In this document: positions 37,737 to 47,374 of the stretch, piece by piece | How positions within the stretch are numbered: the first letter of the stretch is position 1 | Layout: each line of letters opens with the position of its first letter | NCBI GenBank assembly: GCA_047602405.1 | Contig: JASGHJ010000001.1 | Coordinates: 1,728,001 to 1,792,000, forward strand | Direction of reading: 5' to 3' | DNA from: Anaeromyxobacteraceae bacterium | GTDB lineage: Bacteria; Myxococcota; Myxococcia; Myxococcales; Anaeromyxobacteraceae | Length of the DNA: 64,000 bases | Translations under genes and position numbers: made by a program | Notes under the pieces: generated by a model | Told to the model about the DNA's origin: nothing | The model's input: only the letters and a program-made list of their open reading frames with translations | The model's database searches: none

Positions 37737-38573
37737 ATGCCCCTCGAGCCCCGCCTCGCCGAGATCCTGAAGGGCGTCCGCGACGCGGGCGGGCGCGTGG
37801 TCGCCCTCACGGGCGCCGGCATCTCCGCCGAGAGCGGCATCCCGACCTTCCGTGGCGAGGAGGGCTACTGGGTCGTCGGCTCCAGGAACTACATGCCGCA
37901 GGAGATGGCGACCCGGGCGATGTTCGACCGGAGCCCGGAGGAGGTCTGGCGCTGGTACCTCTACCGCTTCGGGGTCTGCCGCCACGCCCGGCCGAACGCC
38001 GGCCACGACGCGCTCGTGGCGCTCGAGCGGGCCCTCGGCGAGCGGTTCACGCTCGTCACGCAGAACATCGACGGCCTGCACCGCCGCGCCGGCTCGAGGC
38101 GGGTCTTCGCCATCCACGGCGACGCGCAGTGGGTGCGCTGCGCCGACGGCTGCGGCCTCGGGCTCGTGGACCTGCCGGACCTGGGCGTGCGCGACGCGCA
38201 CACCCCGCTCTCCTCCGCCGACGCGGACCGGCTCGCCTGCGAGAAGTGCGGCGGCTGGCTCCGTCCCCACGTGCTCTGGTTCGACGAGTACTACGACGAG
38301 GAGAACTACCGCGCCGACAGCGCGATGGCCGCCGCGGAGCGCGCGGACCTCCTGCTCGTGGTGGGGACGAGCGGCGCGACCAACCTGCCGTCGCAGATCG
38401 GGCGGGTGGCCTTCCAGCGCGGGGCAGCGGTGGTGGACGTGAACCCCGACCCGAACCCGTTCGCCGACCTCGCGCTGCGGCTTCCGAACGGCTTCTTCGC
38501 GCGCGGGAAGGCGGCCGAGCGGCTGCCGGAGATCGCGGCTGCGCTCGGCGCGGACCTCCCGCCGGGCGCCTAG
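37737..38573 (+). CDS. cobB: Sir2/CobB NAD-dependent deacylase
   Basis: LTGAGISAESGIPTFRG, TQNIDGLH, Cys pairs, LRPHVLWF and GTS motifs. Confidence 0.88.
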   Translation: MPLEPRLAEILKGVRDAGGRVVALTGAGISAESGIPTFRGEEGYWVVGSRNYMPQEMATRAMFDRSPEEVWRWYLYRFGVCRHARPNAGHDALVALERALGERFTLVTQNIDGLHRRAGSRRVFAIHGDAQWVRCADGCGLGLVDLPDLGVRDAHTPLSSADADRLACEKCGGWLRPHVLWFDEYYDEENYRADSAMAAAERADLLLVVGTSGATNLPSQIGRVAFQRGAAVVDVNPDPNPFADLALRLPNGFFARGKAAERLPEIAAALGADLPPGA

Positions 38574-39538
38574 GTTCCGGTCGCCGCCTGCGCCGCGGGT
38601 GACTCGGGCTCCTCGGCGACGCCCCAGCGCTCCTGCAGCCGGTGCCAGGCCGCCGACATCTTCGGCGAGAACCAGTACACGAACGTCGCGAGCGCGAAGC
38701 CGGCGTAGATGTCGACCACGTAGTGGTGGCGCAGGTACACGGTCGCGATCACGAGCGAGATGCCCGGGACGAGGATGATCCAGAAGAGGACCCGCTTCAG
38801 CCGCCAGGCGTAGAGCAGGGTGACGAACGTGATGGCGCAGTGGAGGCTCGGGAAGGCGCCGCGCGAGGAGGTCGGGCTGATCTCGACGAGCTTCTGCTGG
38901 GCCTGGGTGAACCACGAGCCCACGAGCGGCTTCGTCCACTGCCCCGCGAGCACGAGGCGCGGGGGCGCGGCCGGGAACACCACGTACAGGATGTAGCCGA
39001 AGTAGAAGCACAGCACGGTGCCGAAGAGCGCCGTGCGCAGGTCCTCGCGCCGCCCCTCCACGAGCAGCCAGACCGTGAGCGCGATGGTGATGAAGAAGTA
39101 GTTCATGTACGCGAGCGAGAAGAAGTCGGTCCAGAACGGCGTGTAGTACTTCTCGATCCACACCGTCGGCTGCAGGCCGAACATCCACTGGTCGATCGCG
39201 ATGAGCTGGTCGTGAACGTCGTGCGGGTTCACGAAGTGAATCGTGTCGTGCAGGTTCGTGTAGACCGAGATGCAGAAGGCGAACGGCGCGACGTCCCGGA
39301 TCCAGCCGACGTGCTTCCAGTGCGGCTTCTTGTGGACGATCCAGAAGAAGATCGCCATCACGAGCGCGGTGATCGCGAGCCGGTAGATGCCGTGCAGGTA
39401 GCGCGGCCGGACCCGGCCCTCGAGCTCGAGCACGGTCAGGTACGCCTTCGTCGTGAACCAGGCCGACGGGACGAAGAAGAGGAGCGGGGGGATCTCCTCG
39501 GGACGCAGCCCGATGATCGCGCGCAGGATCCGCTTCAT
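38570..39538 (-). CDS. PAP2-superfamily membrane phosphoesterase (AUR1-like)
   Basis: PAAPPR, AFPSLH and TVYLRHHYVVD motifs. Confidence 0.85.
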   Translation of the reverse strand: MKRILRAIIGLRPEEIPPLLFFVPSAWFTTKAYLTVLELEGRVRPRYLHGIYRLAITALVMAIFFWIVHKKPHWKHVGWIRDVAPFAFCISVYTNLHDTIHFVNPHDVHDQLIAIDQWMFGLQPTVWIEKYYTPFWTDFFSLAYMNYFFITIALTVWLLVEGRREDLRTALFGTVLCFYFGYILYVVFPAAPPRLVLAGQWTKPLVGSWFTQAQQKLVEISPTSSRGAFPSLHCAITFVTLLYAWRLKRVLFWIILVPGISLVIATVYLRHHYVVDIYAGFALATFVYWFSPKMSAAWHRLQERWGVAEEPESPAAQAATGT

Positions 39539-39598
39539 GGCCCCTCGTGCCCGGCGGGATGCCGGGAGCGCGCAGGGTCGCCGGGGAGGGCGCTCCTG

Positions 39599-39845
39599 TC
39601 AACCCGGCCGCGCGGCGCCCGGCCCCTCGGCCGCCCGGTGGTGCCCGTCGGCGTCCCGCTTCGCGTTCACGGCGACGACGGTGCCGTCGACGGGGCTGAG
39701 CGCGGAGACGGACTTGCCGGCGGCGGGGCGAACCGGTCGGCGCCGGGACGGGGCGCGGGCTTCCTCGCGGCGGGGGCGGGCTTCGCGGTGGCGGCCGCGA
39801 CGGCGGCGTGCGCGGTGGCCAGGAGCGCGGCCTCGGTCCGCACAT
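39599..39845 (-). pseudogene. Possible degenerate glycine-cleavage-H-like remnant
   Basis: A Pro/Ala/Lys linker-like reading is followed, in another frame, by GKSVSALSPVDGTVVAVN (39718-39665). Confidence 0.4.
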
Positions 39846-39896
39846 GGTCGGGTGCTGCGGGTTGCTCGAGGTGAGGTGCTCGTTGACGGTGGGTGA

Positions 39897-39971
39897 CTAC
39901 CGGGCGGCGAGGACGTTGAGGGTTCCGACGACGGCGACCGCGACCACGCACACCACGAAGGCGAACATCAT
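39897..39971 (-). CDS. 24-aa single-TM small ORF (MMFAFVVCVVAVAVVGTLNVLAAR)
   Basis: AAGGAG RBS 7 nt before ATG; GC3-rich codons; below the ORF-track size cutoff. Confidence 0.55.
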   Translation of the reverse strand: MMFAFVVCVVAVAVVGTLNVLAAR

Positions 39972-40024
39972 GTCTGGACTCCTTCACCGGTTGGGTTCGC
40001 TGCTCACTTCCTGAGCCCATCCAT

Positions 40025-40041
40025 TGCGTGCGCCGGGCCAA
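40025..40041 (-). promoter_or_regulatory. Putative sigma54 promoter
   Basis: Minus strand TTGGCCCGGCGCACGCA has GG-N10-GC spacing, about 55 nt upstream of the small ORF. Confidence 0.5.
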
Positions 40042-40078
40042 CCGATCCGGGCGTGTCCGGCTCCCGGGAGCTCCGTCA

Positions 40079-40091
40079 TTTCAACGACTTG
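40079..40091. promoter_or_regulatory. Putative IHF site
   Basis: TTTCAACGACTTG versus consensus WATCAANNNNTTR; about 40 bp upstream of the -24 element. Confidence 0.45.
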
Positions 40092-40194
40092 AAGGAGCCG
40101 CGCCGGCGGGGCGGGGCTCCGCCCGCGTGGGGATTCTCTTCACCTGTGGAGGAGTTCAGCGATCGACGGAGGGCGCGTTTAGAAAGAGGAGACC

Positions 40195-41655
40195 ATGCCC
40201 ACACGCACCCTCCCGGCAGGCCTCGTGGCCCTGCTCCTCCCGGTCCTCGCGCTCGCGCAGGCCGCCCCCGCGCCGGCCGCGCCCCCGCAGGCGGACCTCG
40301 AGCGGCTCCGCGACGCCGCCCTCGCGAGCGACGGCTCGCTGGACGTGGCCCGCGACCTCTGCGACCGCTTCGGCGCGCGGCTGTCCGGATCGCCGCAGTA
40401 CGAGGCCGCGGCGCGCTGGCTCGGCAAGGAGCTCGAGAAGGCCGGGCTCGAGGTGAAGCTCGAGAAGGTGATGGTCCCTCACTGGGTCCGCGGCGAGGAG
40501 AGGGCCGAGCTCGTCGGGTGGCCGGGGCAGGGCGCCGGGCTCGTCCAGCCGCTGCACGTGACCGCGCTCGGCTCCTCCGGTGCGACGCCAGCGGCGGGCG
40601 CGACGGCCGAGGTGGTGGTGGTGCCGGACGTGGCCGCGCTGCAGGCGCTCCCGCGGGAGAAGGTCCAGGGCCGGATCGTCCTCGTCACGACCCGCTTCGA
40701 CCGCCGGCTCGCCGAGAGCGGCGAGGCGGGCCAGGCCTACGGCGTCGCGGTCGCGGGGCGCTCGCGCGGGCCGGCGCTCGCGGCGAAGCTCGGGGCGGCC
40801 GCGCTCCTCATCCGCTCGGTGGGCGGCGCCGAGTTCCGGCTGCCCCACACCGGCAACACGAGCTTCCCGAAGGACGTGACGCCCATCCCGGCGGGTGCGC
40901 TCGCCGCGGAGGACTCCGACCTCGTGGAGCGGCTCGCCGCGCGCGGGCCGGTGCGCCTGCACCTCACGATGACCCCGAGGACCCTGCCGGACGTCGAGCA
41001 GATGAACGTGGTCGCGGACCTGAAGGGCTCTACCCGGCCGGACGAGGTCGTGATCCTCTCCGGCCACCTCGACTCCTGGGACCTCGGCACCGGCGGCCTG
41101 GACGACGCCGCGGGCGTCGCGCAGGCGGTCGAGGCGGTGCGGCTCGTGAAGCAGCTCGGCCTGAGGCCGCGGCGCACGATGCGGATCGTCGCCTGGGCGA
41201 ACGAGGAGAACGGCCTGCGCGGCGGCAAGGCCTACGCGAAGGCGCACGCGGCGGAGCTCGCCGGGCACCAGGCCGCGCTCGAGAGCGACATGGGCGCGGG
41301 GCGGCCGCTCGGGGTCCTCTTCGGCGCCGACCCGGCCGTCGAGAAGCTGCTCGCGCCCGTCTCGAAGGTGCTCCTGCCGCTCGGCGCGGGCATCGTGCGC
41401 TCGCGCGACGAGGTGGGCGCCGACATCATCCCGGTCCACGTCGCGGGCGTCCCGGTCTTCGCGCCCATGCTCGACACGCGCACCTACTTCGACCACCACC
41501 ACACCGCGGCCGACACGTTCGACAAGATCGACCCGCGGGGCCAGCGCGAGAACACCGCGGTCATGGCGGTGCTCGGCTACCACCTCGCGAGCATCGAGGA
41601 GCGGCTCCCGCAGCGCCCGCAGCCGCTCCCGGAGTGGCTGAAGGACGATCGCTGA
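40195..41655 (+). CDS. M28 peptidase (carboxypeptidase Q-like), exported
   Basis: SGHLDSWD, DDAAG, NEENG, ESD and HHTAADT motifs; signal peptide. Confidence 0.9.
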   Translation: MPTRTLPAGLVALLLPVLALAQAAPAPAAPPQADLERLRDAALASDGSLDVARDLCDRFGARLSGSPQYEAAARWLGKELEKAGLEVKLEKVMVPHWVRGEERAELVGWPGQGAGLVQPLHVTALGSSGATPAAGATAEVVVVPDVAALQALPREKVQGRIVLVTTRFDRRLAESGEAGQAYGVAVAGRSRGPALAAKLGAAALLIRSVGGAEFRLPHTGNTSFPKDVTPIPAGALAAEDSDLVERLAARGPVRLHLTMTPRTLPDVEQMNVVADLKGSTRPDEVVILSGHLDSWDLGTGGLDDAAGVAQAVEAVRLVKQLGLRPRRTMRIVAWANEENGLRGGKAYAKAHAAELAGHQAALESDMGAGRPLGVLFGADPAVEKLLAPVSKVLLPLGAGIVRSRDEVGADIIPVHVAGVPVFAPMLDTRTYFDHHHTAADTFDKIDPRGQRENTAVMAVLGYHLASIEERLPQRPQPLPEWLKDDR

Positions 41656-41659
41656 CGCC

Positions 41660-42220
41660 TCAGCGGGGCGGCCCGACGGCCTCCGCGACGGTGAACAGCG
41701 CGGCGTCGAGCTCGGCGCCCGCGGCCCGGGCCGCGGCCACGTTCACGAGCACCCGCGCCCGCCCGTCCACGCGCACGAACCCGAGGGCGAGGCCCTGCGC
41801 CACGCCGGCGCGCTCGTCGGCCACCGTGAGCAGGCGCGCGGCGGCCGCCTCCCGGCCCAGCGCGGCGGGGTCGCCGGGCGTCGGCCCCGCGAGGACCAGC
41901 ACGCAGGCGTGGGCCTCCCGCGCCCGCTGCGCCGGCTCCGGGGGGCCCAGCCGCAGCGGCACCGCCCGCACCCGGTGGCCCGCCACCTGGAAGCGCGCGG
42001 CGGCGCTCCGCAGCGCCTCCACGAGCGCGTCCCGCGCGTCCTCGTCGCCCGCGCTCCAGCCCACCGCCACGATCACCTCGTCCCCGCACCGGTCGGCGAG
42101 CGTCCGGTCGTACCCGAGCACGCGCAGGAGCAGGAGCGCCCGCGCGTCCGGGGGGACGGGGGTCTCTCCGGCGGGGCCGGCCGCGAGGGCGAGCGCGAGG
42201 GCGGGGAGCGCGAGGGTCAC
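41660..42220 (-). CDS. YfiR/DUF4154-like periplasmic protein
   Basis: Signal peptide; LLRVLGYD, GLALGF...RVLVNVAAARAAGAEL; two Cys; GTGA overlap. Confidence 0.65.
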   Translation of the reverse strand: MTLALPALALALAAGPAGETPVPPDARALLLLRVLGYDRTLADRCGDEVIVAVGWSAGDEDARDALVEALRSAAARFQVAGHRVRAVPLRLGPPEPAQRAREAHACVLVLAGPTPGDPAALGREAAAARLLTVADERAGVAQGLALGFVRVDGRARVLVNVAAARAAGAELDAALFTVAEAVGPPR

Positions 42221-44280
42221 TGGAAGTGATAGCCCAGCCTGAGCTGGAAGCGGCGCGGCGGCGCGGGGAGCTCGGAGACGGGCGCGTTGTCGGCGAGGAG
42301 GGGGTCGCCCCCGGCCGTCCCGAGGACGTTCGTGACCGAGAAGGCGGCGACCAGCCCGGCGGCGCGCGGGATCTCCAGCGTGGCCTGCAGGTCGAGCCGC
42401 AGCGCGGCGCCCACCCGCGGGGCCCCGGCCCCCGGGTTGCCGGCGTCCTTCGCGCGCGCGGAGGCGCCGCGCAGCACGGCCGCGAGCGTCAGGGGTTCCC
42501 AGGGCACCCGCGTCGCGAGGGCGAGGTTCCCGGTCCAGGAGGGGAAGTTCACGGGCCGTGTGGCGGCGCGCTGCCAGGCGAGCCCGCCGTGGCCGCGCAG
42601 CCAGCGGCCGAGGCGGACGGTCCCCGAGAGCTCCGCGCCGACCAGGTGGAGGTGGCCCTGGTTCACGCCCTGCTGCCGGGTGCCGCCGGGGTCGATCCCG
42701 TCGGGGGCGGGGACGGTCACGAAGCGGATCAGCTGGTCGTACCGGCTCGTGTGGAAGCTCGCCGAGACCGAGGCTCCCTCCGCGAGGCGCCGATCCAGGA
42801 TCAGCTCGCCGGCCCGGACCGTCTCGGGATCGAGGCGCGGGTTCGCGAGGTAGGTGACGCCGTCGTCGTAGAAGGCCTCCGACATGGTCGGCGCCCGGAA
42901 GCCCTCCGAGTAGATCGCCTTCACCGCGTTGCCGGGCGAGGGCGTCCAGACCGCGGCCAGCTTGGGCGTGAGGCGCGTGCCGTAGAGCTCGTGGTGGTGG
43001 AGCGTCGCGCTCGCCTGGAGCCGCAGGACCTCGAAGAGCGTCTGGTCGGCCTGGGCGTAGGCGTTGAGCGTGAGGAAGTCCTTCCGGATGTCGCCCGGGC
43101 CGAAGCCGTTCACCGGGTCCTCGACCGTCGAGGGGACGCCGTCGGCGTACACCCGCTGGAGCGTGCGGTGCTGCTGGGCGGTCCCGCCGAGGACGAGGCG
43201 GGTCGCGGCGGTGGGCCGCGCGGTCAGCCGCACGTCCGCCGAGGCCCAGCGGTCGACGCCCAGATCGCGCGCCACGCCGACGTCGTCGGGCGGGGGCGCG
43301 TAGGCGAAGCCGTCGGTGAAGCGCTGCAGGTCGTAGCCGGCGCGCGCCGAGAGCTCGAGGCCGGGCGACACCGGGCCCCGCCACGCGAGCTCGGCGAAGC
43401 AGTGGCGCGAGGAGATCGTGTTCCTGGGGTCGCCGATGATGGACGCGTAGGCGGCGGTGACGGTGCGCCCGGCCTCCTCCGCGCAGGCGCCGCTGAGGGT
43501 GGTGCCGCCGAGGCCGAGCCGGAGGTAGGCGGAGCCCGCGCCGTCCCGGCCGCGCACCCGGGGGTCGGTGGCCGCCGCGCGCGCGCCGGTGGGCTCGAGC
43601 AGCTCGGGCAGGCGCAGGGTGTCGTGCCGGGAGCCGTACAGGTCGGCGGCGGCGGTGACGCCGACCGGGCCGAGCGTCGCCGTGAGCACCGCGGAGGCCT
43701 CCGCGCCCTGGCCGCCGGAGGGCGCGCCGGAGCCCGCCACGCTCACCTCGCTCGCGCGGTCGTCCGGATCGTGCGTCACCACGTTCACCACCGCGAGGAA
43801 CGCGGCGTCGCCGTAGAGGGAGCCCACCGGCCCCTTCACGAGCTCGATCCGCTTCACCGCCGCCATCGGCACGGGCAGGTCGCGGCCGAGCAGCGTGCCG
43901 CCGAGGCCGAGGCTGTCGTTGAGCGAGTGCCCGTCCACGAGGACGATGATCCGGGTCCCGTAGTCCATGAGCGCGCCCAACCCGCGGACGCCCGCCATCG
44001 AGAAGAAGTCGTCCCGGTAGCCGAACATGCCCGGCATGGCGGCGAGCGCGTCACCGAGGGTAACGAACCCGAAGGCGCGGAGGTCGTCCGCGGTCAGCAC
44101 GAAGGTCGCGGCGGCGGCCTCGGAGCGGCGCTCCGGCTCGAGGGACGCGGCGGCGATCGGCGCGTCGAGGAGGTCGCCGAGCGGCATCGAGGCGATGTCG
44201 TGCGGGCCGTCGGCGGCGGCGCCGAGGGGCAGGAGGAGCGCCGCGAGGAGACCGGCCAGGGCGGGGTCAGACGTTCGCAT
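42217..44280 (-). CDS. TonB-dependent receptor
   Basis: Plug motifs (LVDGH, RIELVKGPVGSLYG...VVNVVT); GFRAPT, LDPE; C-terminal LGYHFQ. Confidence 0.88.
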   Translation of the reverse strand: MRTSDPALAGLLAALLLPLGAAADGPHDIASMPLGDLLDAPIAAASLEPERRSEAAAATFVLTADDLRAFGFVTLGDALAAMPGMFGYRDDFFSMAGVRGLGALMDYGTRIIVLVDGHSLNDSLGLGGTLLGRDLPVPMAAVKRIELVKGPVGSLYGDAAFLAVVNVVTHDPDDRASEVSVAGSGAPSGGQGAEASAVLTATLGPVGVTAAADLYGSRHDTLRLPELLEPTGARAAATDPRVRGRDGAGSAYLRLGLGGTTLSGACAEEAGRTVTAAYASIIGDPRNTISSRHCFAELAWRGPVSPGLELSARAGYDLQRFTDGFAYAPPPDDVGVARDLGVDRWASADVRLTARPTAATRLVLGGTAQQHRTLQRVYADGVPSTVEDPVNGFGPGDIRKDFLTLNAYAQADQTLFEVLRLQASATLHHHELYGTRLTPKLAAVWTPSPGNAVKAIYSEGFRAPTMSEAFYDDGVTYLANPRLDPETVRAGELILDRRLAEGASVSASFHTSRYDQLIRFVTVPAPDGIDPGGTRQQGVNQGHLHLVGAELSGTVRLGRWLRGHGGLAWQRAATRPVNFPSWTGNLALATRVPWEPLTLAAVLRGASARAKDAGNPGAGAPRVGAALRLDLQATLEIPRAAGLVAAFSVTNVLGTAGGDPLLADNAPVSELPAPPRRFQLRLGYHFQ

Positions 44281-46234
44281 CGAGCACGCTCGCGAGCTGC
44301 TTGGGGTCGAGGGGCTTCTCGAGGCACACCAGCGCGTGGGCCGAGAGGTAGGCGCGCCGGGCCGGATCGAGCACCGCGCCGGTCATGAAGACGATGAGGT
44401 CCGCCATCTCCGGCGCGTGCTCGGCGACGGCGTCGCGGAACGCGAAGCCGTCCATCCCGGGCATGTTCACGTCGCAGAGGATGCGATCGAACTGCGCGCC
44501 GCCGTCGAGGAGCGCGAGCGCCTCGCGCGCGCCGGGGGCGGCGCGCACCTCGTGATCGCGCCCGAGGCTGCGCTCGAGCGCGGAACGGACCATCGGCTCG
44601 TCGTCGACGATCAGGACCCGGGTGCGGCGCGGGCGGGCGGCGCCCGCGGGCGGGTGCGAGGGCGCCGGGGGCAGGACGACCCGGAACGTGCTCCCCGCGC
44701 CCGGCGCGGTCTCGACCTCGATGCGGCCGCCGATCCCCTCGACGATGCCCTTGCAGATCGACAGCCCGAGGCCGGTGCCCACCCCGAGCGGCTTCGTGGT
44801 GAAGAACGGCTCGAAGAGCCGCGCGCGGGCCTCCGGCCCGATGCCGCAGCCGGTGTCCTTGACCTCGACGACCGCCTCGCCGCCGGCGCCGGTGCGGCCC
44901 TCCACGCGGACCTCGTGGCGCTCCGGCGCGCCCTCCGGGATCGCCTGCGCGGCGTTCACGAGGAGGTTGAGGAACACCTGCGAGAGCCGCACCTCGTGCC
45001 CGAGCACCGCGGGCATGGGCCCCACCTGCTCGACGAGGCGCGCGCGGCCCTTGAGCTCGTGGCGGGCCATGTCGATGGCCGCGCGCAGCGGGTCGGCGGG
45101 CTTCACGACGTGGCGCTCGTCGGCGTCGTCCCGCGAGAAGTTCTTGAGGCCGCGGACGATGTACCGGACCCGCTCGACGCCCGAGAGCGCGTCGCGCACC
45201 GAGTCGGCCATCGCGAGGAGATCGCCGCGGGTGCGGGCGGGGTCGTCCTGGCCGGGCGGGGCGCCGACGAGGTCCTCGCAGGCCTGCTGCACGAAGTCGA
45301 GGTTGGCCTTGATGTAGGCGAGCGGGTTGTTGATCTCGTGCGAGACGCCCGCGGTGAGGCGGCCGATGGTGATGCGCCGGTCGGCGGCCACGAGCTGCTC
45401 CTGCGTCCTGCGGAGCTCGGCGAGGCTCTGCGCGAGCTCCTCGTTCGCGCGCGCGAGGTCGGCGGTGCGCTCGTCGACGGCCTGCTCGAGCCGGGCCGCG
45501 GCCGCGGCGATGCCGGCCTCCTTCTCGTAGAGGCGGTCGAGCATGTGGGCGAAGGAGCGCGCGAGCGTGCCGATCTCGTCGCGGCGGTCGACGGGGAGCT
45601 TCGCCGGGGCGGACATGTCCCCGCTCGCGACGCGCTCGGCGACCGCCGTCACCCGCGCGAGCGGCCGGTGGATCCAGCGCGCGCCGAGGATGGCGGCGGG
45701 CACGGCGAGCAGGAGCGTCACCGCGAGGGTGATCGCGAGGATGAGGAGCCGGGTCTGCTCGCGCCGGCGCTCCAGCTCGAGCGTGTCGAAGCCGAGGACG
45801 AGCGCGCCGCGGCCCGCCTGCGGCGCGACGACGCTGACCGTCACCCGCAGGAGGCCGGGCAGGTGGATCACGCCCTCGTCGATCCCGGCCCGGGTCACCT
45901 CGTCGGGCGCCTGCCCCCACCGCGCGAGGCGGCTGCCGTCGGGCCGGACCAGCACGGCGTACCGGGCGCCCTCGCTGCCCTCCAGATCGGAGAGGGCCCG
46001 GGCGGCGGCGACGTCGTCGTCGAAGTCGAGGGGCACGGCGCACGCGCGGGCGAGCACGTGCGCGATGCCGAGCGAGCGGCTCTCGGCCCAGCGGCGCGAG
46101 AACGCGTCGAGCTGTGACGGGAGGAGCGCGAGGAGCCCGAGCAGGATGAGCCCCGCCGCGCCGAGCGCGAGCGCGGTGAGGCGGCCCCGGAGCCCGAGGT
46201 AGAACGAGGACCTACCCTGCACGCAGGGAGGCAT
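44267..46234 (-). CDS. Hybrid sensor histidine kinase (2 TM, HAMP, HisKA, HATPase, REC)
   Basis: DEIGTLA HAMP; SHEINNPL, NLLVNAAQA, FFTTK and GTGLGL; VDDE...CDVNMPG...KP. Confidence 0.92.
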   Translation of the reverse strand: MPPCVQGRSSFYLGLRGRLTALALGAAGLILLGLLALLPSQLDAFSRRWAESRSLGIAHVLARACAVPLDFDDDVAAARALSDLEGSEGARYAVLVRPDGSRLARWGQAPDEVTRAGIDEGVIHLPGLLRVTVSVVAPQAGRGALVLGFDTLELERRREQTRLLILAITLAVTLLLAVPAAILGARWIHRPLARVTAVAERVASGDMSAPAKLPVDRRDEIGTLARSFAHMLDRLYEKEAGIAAAAARLEQAVDERTADLARANEELAQSLAELRRTQEQLVAADRRITIGRLTAGVSHEINNPLAYIKANLDFVQQACEDLVGAPPGQDDPARTRGDLLAMADSVRDALSGVERVRYIVRGLKNFSRDDADERHVVKPADPLRAAIDMARHELKGRARLVEQVGPMPAVLGHEVRLSQVFLNLLVNAAQAIPEGAPERHEVRVEGRTGAGGEAVVEVKDTGCGIGPEARARLFEPFFTTKPLGVGTGLGLSICKGIVEGIGGRIEVETAPGAGSTFRVVLPPAPSHPPAGAARPRRTRVLIVDDEPMVRSALERSLGRDHEVRAAPGAREALALLDGGAQFDRILCDVNMPGMDGFAFRDAVAEHAPEMADLIVFMTGAVLDPARRAYLSAHALVCLEKPLDPKQLASVLDANV

Positions 46235-46358
46235 CGCAAGGGGCCTGCCAGCCCGGTGGCCGGGAAACTGGAAGTTTCGTGAGGAGGTCGCCGACTCAGG
46301 GTCGCGACGACCCCGTCCTCTTGTCCGGGTGTCGACCCGGCGTCCCGGTCGGCGAGCT

Positions 46359-47351
46359 TCAGCGCCGGACCGGGATCGCGACCTTCAGCGTCTCGCCCGC
46401 GGCAGGGCGGACCTCGAGGTGCCCGGTGCGCCCGTCGGCGGTGCGCACGGTGAGGCGGAGCGGCTCGGGCGGCACGTCCGGCACCGCGAACGCATCGCCG
46501 CCGAACTGCTGGTCCGCGAGGGTGCGCCAGGCCTGCGGCGCGGGCTGGGACGCGATCGTCAGCGTGAAGCCGGCGGGCCGGGGCGTGCCGGTGACCGTGC
46601 CCTCGAGCGTCGCCGCGGCGAGGAGCTTCACGGTCACGACGCCGCCCTGGGGGACCGTGCCGCTCCACGCGCCGGTGCGGCCGCCGTTCCGGGCGCGCAC
46701 CTCGACCGCGGCGCCCGCGATGCCCATCTCGCTCGCGACCGGCACCTTCCCGTCGGAGCCCGCCCTGGTCGCGAGCGCGAGCTTGGCGTCGCCGGGCCGC
46801 CCGAGCGTCACGACCGCGCCGGCGGAGGGTGCGCCGTCCGGCTCGACGACCGCGATGGCGAGGCCGGTCGCGGCGGTCGGCGCGACGAGGTCGAGCGTGA
46901 TGGTCTGGCCGCGGGCCACCTTCGTGAAGACCGGCTCGGCGCGGGCGTCCGGGCTCGCGCCCGGCGCGGCCCACAGCCGCCAGTCGCCCTCGGGCAGCAC
47001 GAGCCGGTAGAGCCCGTTCGCGGCGACGTCGACCCGCCGCGGCGGCTCCGCGGGCGCGCCGGCCGCGGGGCGCGGTCCACCCTGACGGTGCGCGAACACG
47101 GCGAAGCCCGGCGGCAGCGCGCCGCCCTCGGGACGCACCTTGCCGGCCACCACGCCGTCGTCGACGCCGGCCGGCGCCATCGCGCCGGGCGGGCCGGGCG
47201 GCAGGAGCCGCTCGAGCCCCCGCGGCGCGCGCTCCTCGCCGGTGGCGGCGCGCTCCTTCTGCGCGTCGATCGTGTGCGAGACGACGAAGGCCGCGAGCAG
47301 CGCCGCGGCGGCGAAGACGCAGATGACGAGGTACGGAGGGTGGATGCGCAT
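46359..47351 (-). CDS. Membrane-anchored protein with carboxypeptidase-regulatory-like beta-sandwich repeats
   Basis: N-terminal TM; GKV...G.Y.L.LPEG and VVEPDGAP.AGA.V repeats. Confidence 0.6.
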   Translation of the reverse strand: MRIHPPYLVICVFAAAALLAAFVVSHTIDAQKERAATGEERAPRGLERLLPPGPPGAMAPAGVDDGVVAGKVRPEGGALPPGFAVFAHRQGGPRPAAGAPAEPPRRVDVAANGLYRLVLPEGDWRLWAAPGASPDARAEPVFTKVARGQTITLDLVAPTAATGLAIAVVEPDGAPSAGAVVTLGRPGDAKLALATRAGSDGKVPVASEMGIAGAAVEVRARNGGRTGAWSGTVPQGGVVTVKLLAAATLEGTVTGTPRPAGFTLTIASQPAPQAWRTLADQQFGGDAFAVPDVPPEPLRLTVRTADGRTGHLEVRPAAGETLKVAIPVRR

Positions 47352-47374
47352 GGAGAGCCTCGGGGGTCCCGAGG

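Noticed and set aside
37737..38573. Sir2 as an anti-phage (Thoeris/DSR-type) effector
   Set aside because: It has the Cys pairs and motifs of a housekeeping CobB-type deacylase, and no defence genes are adjacent.
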